This document shows, one piece after another, positions 36,501 through 49,136 of a stretch of 64,000 nt of DNA. Position numbers and translations under genes: made by a program. This DNA is from Peribolospora baueri. Its lineage: Eukaryota. The stretch spans positions 62,001-126,000 of the forward strand of contig JAMDHS010000024.1 of the NCBI GenBank assembly GCA_029717555.1, in the 5' to 3' direction. Within the stretch, counting starts at the first letter, position 1. Every line of letters begins with the position of its first letter. The notes under the pieces were generated by a model, which did no database searches, was not told the DNA's origin, and was given only the letters and a program-made list of their open reading frames with translations.

Positions 36501-37960
36501 ATGGTACGCGCGATTGAACGACGACATCAGCAGGCGTGCCGAAAAGCTCCGAAACCTCATCACCTTGCTCCCCCGCCCTTCCTTCTTTCCCCTCGGTGGT
36601 AGTCCAAACGTGGCCTTTCCCACGACGAGAAAAGAGAGCGTATGGTCGAGTTGCTTCAAGAAACGGCGAGTACATCGACCCACGCAGGCGACTCCATCAG
36701 CGGCTGAAAGAAACGCCGCCTGTCTCTCTCTCTCACACACCTCGCGGTCAGGCTGAGTTCTATCAGTACAAAGAGCTTGAGAAGTTGGCGCCGAAGCGGA
36801 AAGGTATCAGTGAGTCGTCGGCGCATTCAGCCTTTCTTCGATCTAGGAGGATCGTCGCAGAGAAACATCTGGAGTCGAATCGGTCGCCGCCAGTCCCCCA
36901 AAGCGTTAAAGACGTCCTCGAAGAGCTCGCGAACGACGGCATCATATGCCGCGAGAGGATAGGGTCTGCCAACTGTGAGTTTGTCGCGCATGGTCGAACG
37001 AGTCGTCGAGGCCACGTACAAATGTCTGGCTCGTTCTACGTCCACCGATCGTTGCGGCTGTCTCTGCAGACTACTGGTGTTACCCCAGTCAAGCCACCGT
37101 TGTGGTGAGTTGCGCAGTGAGGACGCAAGCCGTCAGCATTTCACCTCGGGTATATGATCCATCCCTTCGTCTCGTCTGAATTCATCAGGCTAACCTGGAC
37201 GCGGCAACGAGCGGGAACGAGATACAAGCGCTGAATCAACGCCTTGAAGAGGTCGAACAGTCGCTCGCGAGCGCCAAGAGGGCCAGAGAGGACACCGTGT
37301 GTCGACTAGCGCGACCCATCGGGGACGTAGTGGTGGGGCGAAGTTGCTCACGGAAAACCTCCCTTGCCCCCCCTATCTTCCCTTCCGAAGCCCGAGCGCA
37401 TCAGCCTACTGACTCGCTACAATGATGCGATGGCAAAGGCGAAGGAGCTCGAGAGGGAGTTGGCCAAGTACCGCGACTGCGATCCGACGGTGATCGAGCA
37501 GAAGAGGAAAACGATCAAATTGGAGCGCGAGGCGGCGTGCAGGTGGACTGGTGAGTGCGGTCGTCCAGGGATGGACATCGCAAGTGGCCTAACCCGCGAC
37601 CGGCTGATCCAAGGCTGCGTTGCGGACGAACAGAGAACATCAGCATTGCGATCTCGGTAAGCGTACGACTCGGTCCAGCAGAACAGGGTCGGACCGGCGA
37701 CTTGCGCAAACGACTTGAACGCTCACCTCGAACGGCCGCCCTCAGTATGTCCGTGATCAGTACGGCATGGATCCTGGCGAGCTGGTGAGAGAAGACGGAT
37801 GGCCACTGCCTACCAAGCGGTGTCTCAGGAGCTCCACGAAGCGCAAAGTGGCCTCACCATCCCTCCCGCACCACGCGGTCGTTTGCGACAGAGAACGCAG
37901 TTTGAGATCGAGGACGATTTTGAGGAGCTCGAGGACAAGCCGGAAATTCTCTCGACATGA
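36501..37960 (+). CDS. MND1: Meiotic nuclear division protein 1
   Basis: M-SKRGLSHDEKRERMVELLQET-AEFYQYKELEKLAPKRKGIVPQSVKDVLEELANDGIICRERIGSANYYWCYPS...YRDCDP...AACRWTENI...QFEIEDDFEEL. Confidence 0.94.
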
Positions 37961-39574
37961 GCGCAGATTCATCTATGGCCGGCTCCAACAATCCGTATCT
38001 GCCTATGCGGCACAGCGTAAGGGAGACTCGGCGTATCTACGCCGTGCCCAGGAGATAGGAGATAGATGGACAGGCGGTCGTCGGTGGCGTTCCGCCATCA
38101 CAGCCGTCTCCGCGTCTCTTCTCTCTCCTGTAGATTGCACGGGGGGTGGCTGCCATATGACGGACAGAGGACACCGCGCCATCCACGCCTGGATAAGCAA
38201 CACTGCCGTGTTGCTTGCCTGGCGCTGTGGTGCCACGGCCCGACGGCGCCAAGAGATCTCGCTAGTGTAAGCCGTAACGATATGCAATGGTGTCCCTGAC
38301 GATTGCGAGGAGGATGGGACGGGCTGAGGCGGAGGAACGTGAAGGAGACGAGCGAGCGCTCTTGACTCTCGCTTGGGGGCTCCACGAGAACGAGACGTTG
38401 GTTCGACAGACGTGGCTGGAAAGGCCGGGGGCGGCGAGCCTCGGAGTGAACGGCGGGCTCTACTCTATCTGCTTGCTCTCACCCTACCCACGCAACGCAG
38501 CACCACTAAACAGAAGTCAGCCATACAACACGACACCGCCCGTATAGATCCACGTGCATTCGGGCACACACTGCACACTGACTGACTGCGGCAGCGGCGA
38601 TGTCCGTGGATTGATGTTTGATCAAGGGAACGAGAAAAGATTGGAAAGAAAACGCGTCTGATACCGCCGCGGCTCTTCTTTCCTCGGCCGTTTGTCGGTG
38701 GCTAGGCCAGTCTCACTCTCGAGAATCAATCTGGCGAATCCGTCGTCGGTCGTCGTCGTTCTGGCTGTGCTTGCTTTGTCCTCTGCCGTGCGTGCTGTTG
38801 ATGCGCATGCATCCATCGCATCGACATACTTCCTTCCCGACCCCCTCCGTCGTCCGTCGTCCATCGCCCGGCGTCCGGCGTCAGGCGTCACTTATCGCCT
38901 CGCTCGCTCGTCCCTGACCGAGCAAGCCGGTGGGACCAGATCGGCCGGCGATAATAAATGACTGCCTGTGCGGACGCGAGCGAGCGAGCGGGCGAGCGAT
39001 AACTCTTGACTCGGCGCGGCCGTCCGACTGATGAGCGACTCGCCGATCCGCCACCAACGTTCTTTTTTTCTTTATCAAATCTATCAGTCCCGTTTTCTCT
39101 CTCTTCTCCGCCCGACCGCTTTCTTTTCCTCCTCTCCATCCCATTTTCTTTCCTTCGTCCGCCGCTTTTTCTTTTCATCCTTCCCCTCCCCCTCTCCACC
39201 ACCCTCTTCGCCCTCGCCTCGTCGCCGCAACCCATCCTTCGCCCACCTTCCCCCCTATCTGCCATCCTCTCTTCCTATCAACCTCGCTTTTCTCTCTTCG
39301 CCCGCGCCCCCGTCGCCTCGCTTCCGCTGACGTGTCCTCCTTCTCGCCCCTCCCAGCCGCACGCCCACACATAGATACTGCCCCTCCCCCCCGTTCCAAT
39401 TGTATCCGCGTCTTCCGATGCTCCACCTCCTCGCTTTCGACCATTATCGCTAGTCAGGATCGACTCTTACTCCGCTCCATCCTCTTCACGACCCCGCTTC
39501 TCGTCGCCTGGGCCGCCGACACCATCTACCCGCCTCTCTCTTTCACATCCTCAGACTCTACCGCGCCCTCCCCG

Positions 39575-41839
39575 ATGAGTCCTCAGGCCTCTTCTTACGG
39601 CACTCCTTCGCCCTCTCGCATGGACGGCATCCAGCCAATCTACCCCGACGACGCCTCCCACCACCCATCTCCAAGCCACGACGCCTCGCGCGACGCCTCC
39701 CCTGACCGACGCGCGTCCCGATCGGACGGCAAGGTGGAGGATGGACAGCCCAAGACCAGTCCGGGCGCCCTCGCCGGCGGGGGTCAGCCCATCTGCTCCA
39801 ACTGCCAGACGCAAACCACGCCGCTTTGGCGAAGGGACGGCCGCGGCGGACTGCTCTGCAACGCTTGTGGCCTCTTCGTCAAGCTTAAAGGCACGCCGAG
39901 GCCGTTGAGTCTCAAGACGGACGTGATCAAGCAGAGGAACAGGAGCAGCAAAAATGCCAACGCCGTCAACGTCGGTCAGACCGACGGCTCCCCTTCGGCC
40001 GCGGTGGGCAAGGCAGGCAAGGCGTCCAAGTCAAGGGGTGGCGGCGCGTCGAGAAAGCGCACGTCGCCCCAGGCAAACAAGATGGCTACGTCGTCCGCCG
40101 TCGCCGACAGCAACGATCCCTACAACTCCTCCTCCAGGCCGCCGAGCCCGGCGAGCAGGAAGAGGGAGCGAGACGTGGCGCCCGAAGCCCGCTGGTCTTA
40201 TCCCGGCCCTGCGTCTCCGGAACCCCGTTCCGACTACGCTGGCGACCGCGCGGCCCCTTACGCGTCGCCCTTTTACCCGGCACCGCTCATACCAGGTCAG
40301 CAGCGCCCTACTTGGTACCCACATCCGCCCCCGCGCGGCGGCTTTGCCTACGACGAACTCGGTTCCTCCTACGCCCCTTCCTACGCCAGTCGATCCAGCA
40401 CGCCTCACGCCAGCCGGCCGGGAAGCGCCGAGGGCAGGTATCCGCCATCAGCTTACCCGTCCTCTTACCATGCCCACCTTGGTTATCCCCCCGCCGGTCC
40501 TTTGAGCGCGCCCTCCGCTTCGTTTCCCCATCACTCCCCGCCCCATTCAGATTGTTTGCCGCTGCCGTCGTCAGCGAGCGCCCAACCGCTCACACATCAT
40601 GCAGGGGAGATGAGCAAGGCGCAAGGCGAATCGCCTATCCATCTGCCGCCGCTCAATTCGCTCAGCGGCGGTGGCGGCGGCGTCCCGTCGCCGAAAGGCC
40701 CGCCTTCTCACGTCGAAGGGGAGAGCGTTGTGCTTCCGCCTCTGCGCCACGCCGTCATGGCCGCTTCCACCGACGCTGGCCATCCTTTACCCTATTTGCA
40801 CTCCGCTCCCGCTGATGGCCGGCAGGAATATTATTCTGCTCAGTACCCCGCTAGGCCGCCCTCTCCTCAGGCGTCGTTTGTAGCGACGACGCGAGCGGGC
40901 GTGGTGCCGAGGTCGTCGAGCCTGTCCGGTATACGGGACCGCCACCGGATGCCGTACTCGTCATCGTCCGATTTCGCGCACCACGCCCTCCACCACGGCA
41001 TCTCCAACGAACGTGGTCGGAGCGTTGGACGCTCGGCGAGCGCCAATCATTCGCCTACTGACCGGACCGCGCGTCTAGAGTCCCCGTTGCGCTATCATCC
41101 CTACGACGGCCACCCCGCGAGCTGGGCTGCGAGGAGGCGGCGCAAGGAAGGGCCGCCGTCGCTGGTCGCAGAGGATGAGCGGGACGTGCCAGCGCTGCGA
41201 TCCGCCGTGGACGGCATTCGGTTGGAGAGCGAGGCACAGGCCAGCGCGCTCGGCCTCGGTCCCACGTTGCAGAGAGAGGAAGACGCGATGCAGGGCGTCC
41301 GGCCGGAGGGCGGGAGCGGCGCCAGCGCCAGCCGGACGCGATCGAGCTCCGTGCTCTCCGTCCATTCCCTATCTCACCACTCTGCCGCTTCGTACTTGCT
41401 CCAAGGCACGCCGAGCGAGCTGGCCGGTCGGAGCTTGCCGCGGTCGCGCAACTCGTTCAGTCGAGCCGGCTCGCCCGCCGATACGTCTTGGGACGCATCT
41501 GTGTCCCGAGCTCCCTCCGTCGGCCCTTCCGAACTCACTGCGTCCTCCATGTTGCACCCGACGCACCGTGACCAGCTCAAGCACCACCATCCCCATCATC
41601 ACTTCCCGACGGACGCGGGCGTCGAAGGAGGCACACTCTCGTCTGGCGGACCCAAGGAGTGCGAGATGGAGAGGCTGAGGGCGAGGGTGAGGGAGCTGGA
41701 GCTGGTCAACGAGCTGTTGAGGATAAGGATCGACGAGCTGGAGAGGGGCCGCCGCACCGGAGCTGGAGCTGGAGCTGGAGCCGGGGTGGCCGGAACGGGA
41801 GTCGGGGGGTGGAAGAGGCGCGGGAGATCTGTAGACTAG
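39575..41839 (+). CDS. GATA zinc-finger transcription factor with C-terminal leucine zipper (AreB/ASD-4/Dal80 type)
   Basis: CSNC-x17[29 protein letters not shown] near the N-terminus and [23 protein letters not shown] at the C-terminus. The coding region appears intronless. Confidence 0.9.
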   Translation: MSPQASSYGTPSPSRMDGIQPIYPDDASHHPSPSHDASRDASPDRRASRSDGKVEDGQPKTSPGALAGGGQPICSNCQTQTTPLWRRDGRGGLLCNACGLFVKLKGTPRPLSLKTDVIKQRNRSSKNANAVNVGQTDGSPSAAVGKAGKASKSRGGGASRKRTSPQANKMATSSAVADSNDPYNSSSRPPSPASRKRERDVAPEARWSYPGPASPEPRSDYAGDRAAPYASPFYPAPLIPGQQRPTWYPHPPPRGGFAYDELGSSYAPSYASRSSTPHASRPGSAEGRYPPSAYPSSYHAHLGYPPAGPLSAPSASFPHHSPPHSDCLPLPSSASAQPLTHHAGEMSKAQGESPIHLPPLNSLSGGGGGVPSPKGPPSHVEGESVVLPPLRHAVMAASTDAGHPLPYLHSAPADGRQEYYSAQYPARPPSPQASFVATTRAGVVPRSSSLSGIRDRHRMPYSSSSDFAHHALHHGISNERGRSVGRSASANHSPTDRTARLESPLRYHPYDGHPASWAARRRRKEGPPSLVAEDERDVPALRSAVDGIRLESEAQASALGLGPTLQREEDAMQGVRPEGGSGASASRTRSSSVLSVHSLSHHSAASYLLQGTPSELAGRSLPRSRNSFSRAGSPADTSWDASVSRAPSVGPSELTASSMLHPTHRDQLKHHHPHHHFPTDAGVEGGTLSSGGPKECEMERLRARVRELELVNELLRIRIDELERGRRTGAGAGAGAGVAGTGVGGWKRRGRSVD

Positions 41840-42510
41840 TTCGTTTCCCCGGTCGGTGGTCCGAACCGTCAGATGTTTATCACCGCTCCATCGTGCTTTG
41901 TTTTCGACGCTGGGGCGGACGGACGGACGGACGGAGGCGAGGGAGGACACGACGACGGGACCCCGGTCCGGTAGGTGGGGGTGGAAGGGGTGGTTGGACA
42001 CACAGATCGGCGGAAACGGTGGGTGGGTGCGCTCGTCGTCGGCTCTTTTGTATGGACTTTCGCCCGCTTCGCGGCATCGACGACGCAAATCTCGGGACCG
42101 CCTATGTAGCTATAGCTAGAGTGACGAAACTGCTTCGGATGGGGGCACGCTCCTGTCTCGTCCAGCTTTGGTTGCAGCATGTTCGTTGGAGCGGGCCGAT
42201 GGCAAGTAACGGCGACGGCGACGAGTGATCACCTCCATCTGATTCGGAATGGCGTCAGGCTACGCTCGAGGGCGCTTGGGAAGGGCCCGCCCGTATGCCG
42301 CTTCGCTTGCCTAGTCGCATCCCACCATCCACGTCGCGGGCACCCTCGGGGGCATCCGCTCAAGCATGTACGTACATACGTTACGCACTGTGGTGATCAC
42401 ACCATGCTTCTGGACACACGCGCGGCGACACTTTCCATGTCCATCGATCCATCGATCCATCATCAATCGCGGCACTAATGGGATACGACATGCGTCTGTC
42501 TGGTCCTGGG

Positions 42511-42730
42511 CGATGCCTATTATACAACGTAAAATGTGCCCAGCCGACGGTCAAGCACATTGAATAGGAGGTGATTGATTGATTGATTGATTGACTCTGC
42601 TTGGCCTTATTCAGGCCAACATTGGCCTACACTTATGGACTCTAAGCAGAATCAAACAATCAATCAATCACCTTCTGTTCACGGTGCGCGACCGTCGACT
42701 GGGCACAGTTTACGGTGTATAATAGCATCG
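42511..42730. repeat. Long imperfect inverted repeat (foldback hairpin)
   Basis: Arm 42511-42602 matches the reverse complement of 42644-42730 at 76 of 87 aligned positions (hand count), with indels of 1 and 4 nt. Confidence 0.95.
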
Positions 42731-42817
42731 AGAGCAGGAGATGATAATGGGCGATGATGTGATATTACCGCAGTCAGAAGATAAGTGCACATGACTAAGC
42801 AAGGCAAGCAAGGCACA

Positions 42818-42826
42818 TAACCCTAA
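42818..42826. promoter_or_regulatory. Telomere-repeat box TAACCCTAA upstream of RPS5
   Basis: About 155 bp upstream of the pyrimidine-rich putative first exon of RPS5. The regulatory role is inferred. Confidence 0.55.
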
Positions 42827-43289
42827 TCTATCCAACTGTACAGCCTGGCCGCCCTGTGCAGGCTTACCCACCGCAGCGACGGTTTGCTGCGGCAATGGTA
42901 TCTGGAGCTCGCATTCGGAGGGCTTGGGCCAAGTCGAGCTTGGATCCATCAAGACTGTAGCAGCTTGACCGCCAACCCATTCCCCCCCCTTCCTCCCCCC
43001 CTTCTCCTCAAGAAACGTGAGTAGAGCAGCACGCGCTGATGGGAGCTGGTCGTATGACGGGGGTGGGGTGTGGCGACGCTTGAGGCTGCCGAAGGGGCAA
43101 CGTCTGGAGTCAGGGCGCTGCGCGCGGGCAGGCAGGCATGGAAGAATGAACGCTGGGGCGCGGGGAGGGTTGAGCGCGCTGTGAGGGACGGACAGGTTGG
43201 CTGATGACCTGTGTCTTGCGATCGTGTCCTGCGCTCTCCTCTCTTCCTCCGAACAGCCGCCTCAAGGCACCCCACCCGACTCGCCCAGC

Positions 43290-44321
43290 ATGGTTGCCAC
43301 GATCCCCAAGGACGTCGCTGCGATCTCGCTCGAGAACGGCGGCGTGAAGCTGTTCGGCAAGTGGGACGCCGCGGACGTCGAGGTCAAGGACATCTCCCTG
43401 ACCGACTACATCCAGCTCCGGAACGCCGTCTATCTTCCCCACACCGCTGGCCGCTACGCCAACAAGGCCTTCAAGAAGGCTCAGATGCCCATCGTTGAGC
43501 GCCTCGTCAACAGGTTGGTATTCTGGCATGCGTTTCTCCGCGTTGGTTTCCGTTTCCGTTTTGCCAGGAGTCGAGTCGCGCGGGAAGATCTGGTGGGGGA
43601 GGGAAGGCCAAGGTGACGGACCTTGGTTTAGACTGTCGCATCTTGTTGGCTGGCGTCTTTCGACGTGGATAGGGGAGACGAAGTGGGGGAAGCATTTTCA
43701 TCGTGATAGGCAGGTGCTGACCGGGCCACCTTTCATCTCCCTTTAGCATGATGATGCACGGCCGCAACAACGGCAAGAAGCAGATGGCCGTCAGGATCGT
43801 CGCCCACGCCTTTGAGATCATCAACCTGCTCACGGACCAGAACCCCATCCAAATCCTTGTCGACGCCATCATCAACACGGGCCCGCGCGAGGACTCCACC
43901 CGTATCGGTGCCACGGGTACCGTCCGGCGTCAGGCCGTAGACGTCTCCCCGCTGCGCAGGGTGAACCAGGCCATCACGCTCCTGACCACCGGCTGCCGCG
44001 AGAGCGCTTTCCGCAACGTCAAGAGCATCTCCGAGTGCCTCGCTGACGAGGTAAGTCATACCGTCCGACGATGCGCGACGCTCGCGCGCTCTCGGGCTCA
44101 CCTCCCTCCCCATGCTTTTCACTCTTATCAGCTCATCAACGCGGCGAAGGGCTCCAGCAACAGCTACGGTATCAAGAAGAAGGACGAGCTTGAGCGTGAG
44201 TATCGGTTGCGCCAACGAAAACGCTCTAGTTATAACCACGAAACGGCTTGGTTGCGGTTCGCTGACTCGTCGACGGCGATGCTGGCATTGGTACACAGGT
44301 GTTGCCAAGAGCAACCGTTAA
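43290..44321 (+). CDS. RPS5: 40S ribosomal protein S5 (uS7)
   Basis: [64 protein letters not shown]. Confidence 0.98.
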
Positions 44322-45068
44322 GCGGTACTGCGTTTCCAGAAACGAACTGGGAGGGGTGGCGGATGTGGTTGGGGCGAGGGAGAGAAGGGGAAGGCCGGAG
44401 CTGGGGCGGATGTTCGCAGACGCTCAATCCTCTACGGGGCTGAGCTGCCCTCTACATGCCATAAAACGTATTCTCTTAGGCAGGCCGCCGCGGCGCCGAC
44501 GACGGTTTGTCGCTGGGCGCGCCATCCATGCAATGGAGATCTGTATGATATTCGAGCCCTTTTGCATGTTCTCCGTCCCTTTCTTCCTGGCTCGCGAAGT
44601 TCAGGCACTCCAATGGCACAGCTGAAGGCCTGCCTTTGAGAGTCTGTCGTTTTCTCGACAGGCATGGGCGGCAGTGAGACGGAGAACGGGGGCGCGTTTA
44701 GAGGACCGGTTAAAACACTCGGCGGTCGAGAGCGAGGCTGAGGGCCGAAGTACAGTAGTAATGATGCCGATGAAACTGATAAGAAGCGATCGGTAGGGAT
44801 CATGTGCTTACATACTGTCAAGTTGTCCCACCATGCGACCTTATTGTCGGTCGCTCGCCCTCGACCGTCGCGAATGGAAATGGATGCCAACGTTGACTGC
44901 TACGTCTTTGCCGCCCGTCGAGAGCAACGATACGGCGCCCTTTTTCCCGCGCCCGCCTCGAGCGCCGACGCAGGCCTCCACCTTTCTTCCTCAGATTCAA
45001 AAGCGCTGACACGTTCTCAACCTGACCCGCCTCGTACATTCGTCCACTCTGCCCGGCGTTTTGCCAAA

Positions 45069-46858
45069 ATGACCGCCCGGCTCGACGCCCGCGCTGAAAC
45101 CATCATTCCCATTGTCGACCTGGCCGCCTTCGATGAGAGATGCGAGGACGAGGTGGGTACGGGCCCTGTTGGCGGCTGCGCATCGTCGCGTTCATTGGTG
45201 ACTACTCCCCGCGCCCCCACACAGGCCCTTCGCAAGCAGGTAGCCCAGGAGCTTCTTCAAGCTATGCGCAACGTAGGCTTCGTCTACCTCCGAAACGGTG
45301 CGCCGTCTCGACGGTGGGCGTTCCACATACTCGAGCGTCGATGACACTCTCTTTCCGCTCTCTCATGGGGATCTACGTAGTCGGCATCTCGCAAGAGATA
45401 ATCGACGAAATGTTCGCATGGGTGAGTCGACGGGAGATAGGCTTAGAGAAAGTAGCCCGTTTGACCGTCTTTTTTGCCCGTCCACCGCCGTCTCCCATCT
45501 ACTGCCTTTTTTTTTTTTTCTATTTTCCTACGCGTGCAGTCAAAGAGGTTCTTCGCCTTGCCCGACGAGATCAAGATGAAAGCGCCTCACCGTAGGTTCG
45601 AGTTGGATTGTCCACCATGCCGCCCGTCGCGCGGTTCCGATGCTCATTCGCGCTTGTCCTGTTCGTCAGCGCCGGAGGGATGGTACCATCGCGGGTACTC
45701 GGGCGTCGGTAAGGAACAAGTGACGCAGATGGTCTTTGACAGGGACGAGCTCGACAAGATCCGTCAGATGCCAGGAACCGACCGTACGTACCCCGTTCGT
45801 GCGCGCTCGCACAGTGCTGGAGGCTGAGACCTGGCAGGCCACTTAAAGCCATCCGGTTCCCTGACGTCGGACCCATCTTTGCTGCACCACAGTCAAGGAG
45901 AGTTTTGACATGGGACGCATGGACGCTGAGAAGGCCATCAACATTTGGCTGCCCGAGTCGGACTTACCCGGCTTCCGCACCGCCTGTGAGACCTTCTTCA
46001 TCATTTGTCGCGAGAAAGCGCAGGCGCGCTTCATGGCGGCGCTCGAGCTCGGCATGGGCCTCGAGCCAGGCCATCTCAAGGCATACCACCGCACCGGAGA
46101 GAACCAGCTCCGGCTCCTTCACTACCCCTCCGCGCCTGCCGAGGTGTTCGCGGACGGACGAAAAGTGAGGAGCGCCGCACACACCGATTTCGGCTCGTAC
46201 AGCTTCCTCTTCCAAGACGCGGTCGGAGGGCTCGAGGTCGAGGACGTCCTCCAGCCTGGCGTCTTCAAGCCGGCACCTTACATCCCCGGTACTGTGGTGT
46301 GCAACATTGGCGATCTCCTTCAACGCTGGAGCAACGATCAGCTCAAATCCACGCTCCACCGCGTCAGAGCGCCCTCGGGTCCTTCGCCCGTCGATGGGTG
46401 GACTCCGGAACGCTTCAGCATTCCCTACGTGAGTGCTTTTTTAAATATAATCGGCTTTGCACGATAGGAGAGAATGCAGTCTTCTCTCGCTCCCCTTGAC
46501 CGAATTATGTCTCCTCAATAATCCTTCTGGCCCCTCCCTCTCTCTCTCGTCGCGTCACTGTCGCGTCGCTACACGACCTCCACCTTCGTAGTTCTGCACG
46601 GCCGATTTCGAGAAGACCATCAATACGCTACCCACATGTGTCAGTGAAGCCAATCCCTCCAAGTACGAGCCCATCAACGCGGGAGAGTACAGTGAGTCGG
46701 GTCAATCCATTTTCAATCTTTTTCCTTGAGCGAGTGCTTGAGTCCGGCGCTACTTCGGGAAGAGTCAGGAGCAGGCGATGCGGTGCGACTCCGCTCCGAC
46801 CGAGGCTGACTTTTCTGGCTCGTCCACAGTCAACATGCGCCTCAACGCCAACTACTGA
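45069..46858 (+). CDS. 2-oxoglutarate/Fe(II)-dependent oxygenase (DIOX_N + 2OG-FeII_Oxy, IPNS-like)
   Basis: IPIVDLA, VGFVYLRN, SKRFFALP, HRGYSGVGKEQ, LRLLHYP, AHTDFG (HxD), STLHRV (His) and RFSIPYF (RxS). Confidence 0.93.
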
Positions 46859-47225
46859 GGCTCACTCGCAACGCAACCATAGTTGGTTTCGAACGACCAA
46901 ATCGCTAAAAGGGTTGTGAAATGACGACCCGACCGTTTCTGTCCGGGTCGCCGATCGTCTCTCTCTGCTTTGTTATACCGCCAACGTCCTTCGCCCCATT
47001 CGGACCGTCACCCCTTCGATCACCTGTTTCCTTCGACGAGTTTCTGTATTCGGGCCTTGTTAAGTGATCCGGGGCGAGCGTATAATTCCTGTTCCCAATG
47101 TGAAATTCTACAGTGCTCCTAAGGACACTGTGGCGAGCAAAGGTCATACGCTGACGAGCACCTTCCAAGCGTCTAATCGCATCTTGGTCCACACCACTCT
47201 CGGAGGCTGCAAACAAATGTTCCGT

Positions 47226-49136
47226 TCATTTTTTCACAGCGGCCTCCGCGCTTGACGAAAGGGAGGAATGAGAGAGAGTGGCGGTGTCGACGATGCCCTC
47301 GCGGCGCTTCTTGAGCACGTTCGCGATGAAAAACTCGCCGGCCTGTTCGGCGCAAGCACGAAAGAGCGCGCACATCCATCGTCAGCCCCTCGTTGCATTG
47401 TACTCGATCTAACCCACACGACCATGTCACTCGTGCGCTCACCTTATAGCTACTCCTCACCAACGGTCCACTGGCGACGTAGAGGAAGCCCATCTCCTCG
47501 GCGACTACGCGCCAGTGCTCAAACTTTTCGGGAGAGACATACTCGTGCACCTTCATGTGTCGCTTCGTCGGGCGCATGTATTGACCGAAAGTTACTACGT
47601 CAACGTTGTTGGCTCGTAGATCTAGATTGGATCGGAGAAAGAAAAGCACAAAAGGAAAGCGAGGAGAAGTTATAAGGACATCATTCACTGACAAAAGTGC
47701 GCGTTTTGGTCAACTCACCCTTGAGCGTCTGCACAACTTCTTCATCCTCCTCCCCACAGCCGAGCATGATGCTCGTCTTGGTGATCAAATCCTGCCCGTC
47801 CTTTCCACCCACCCGCTTGGCCTCCGCAAGCACCCCCAAACTCTGCCTGTATCCGGCCCTCCGATCTCGCACGAATGGCGTCGTGCTCTCCACTGTCTCT
47901 ACGTTGTGGGCGAACACGTCAAGACCAGAGTGAGCGATCGTCTTGACTTCTGGCAGGGAACCGCCGAAGTCTGGCACGAGCGCTTCGACCAAGATGTGCG
48001 GCGCCCTTTGCAGAGGAGCGAGTCAGGAGAGCGCAGAAGGGGTCGCATCGAAATTAGGGCTAGTCGAGAAACTTCGTTGAACGGATAGCAAAAAGACTCA
48101 CTTATGCTTGATCTTGGAGATGGTTGCAGCGATGTGAGAAGCTCCACCATCCACAAGATCTGCCGCCAAGTTAAAAGGAGAGACAGAGACAAGTTTGAGC
48201 TGGACGCCAGCCACGGAGCAGCGATGTCGCGAGAACATCGATAGGACGAGAAGGCTCACCGTCTCTATCAACACTGGTCAAAACGATGTACCCGAGGCCC
48301 CAACGGGAGATGGCCTCGGCCGTGTTCTCCGGCTCGTGGGGGTCGAGCGGCGGCGGTGTTCGAGAGGTCTTGACGGCACAAAAACGACATCCTCGGGTGC
48401 AGGTGTCGCCCATGAGCTGAAGAAACAGCCACAAGTCACCGATCATTTGTCAGCTTAAAGAAAGAGCAAGCAGAAAGCTGAGCAAGTCATATAAAAGTCA
48501 GCATGGCTTACCATAATCGTAGCGGTCGCCTCGGACTTGTCGCCACCCCAGCACTCCCCAATGTTCGGACATCGCGCTTCTTCGCAAACAGTGTGGAGGC
48601 CGAGGCCGCGAAGGTCGCGCTTGATGCGGTTGAAAGAGGTACCGGTTGGGACCTTGGTCTTCAAATGGGCGGGCAAACGCGGGCTGGAAAAGGCGGGCGG
48701 GTGCCAAAAACCGGTAAGGCATCGCCCGCCTGTGGAGAAGCGCGGGCAAACCTTTCAGCAGGCAGACGGACATTCGGTACTCACGTGTTCTTATTACCCA
48801 TTGCAAGCTTCGCGCCTTTCGGCAGCTCGCCATCGGCGAGATCTACGTCGCCAGAGATAAAGTCATCCAGTGTCGGTCCCTGCTCTAGTCGCTTCGAGAA
48901 TTCGCCCGCAGGAGAGGACGGCCCAGGTGCTTGGACGGAAGTGGTAGCGTGAAAGCGAGAGGTGCCGGCGGCGGAAGAGCGGTGAAGAGACTGTAAAAGG
49001 AATGTGTCCAGACAGTCTGAGCTCCGCATTGCTCGTCCGCTTGGATCGTCGCACGACTTTCCCCTCGCTCGGCGTGCCTGCTCACCTGGGCACGAGCGAT
49101 AAGCCCGCCCACGCGATAAGCTGAGCGTTCGAGCAT
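47226..49136 (-). CDS. LIP5: Mitochondrial lipoyl synthase
   Basis: [34 protein letters not shown] (radical SAM motif), [34 protein letters not shown]. Confidence 0.97.
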
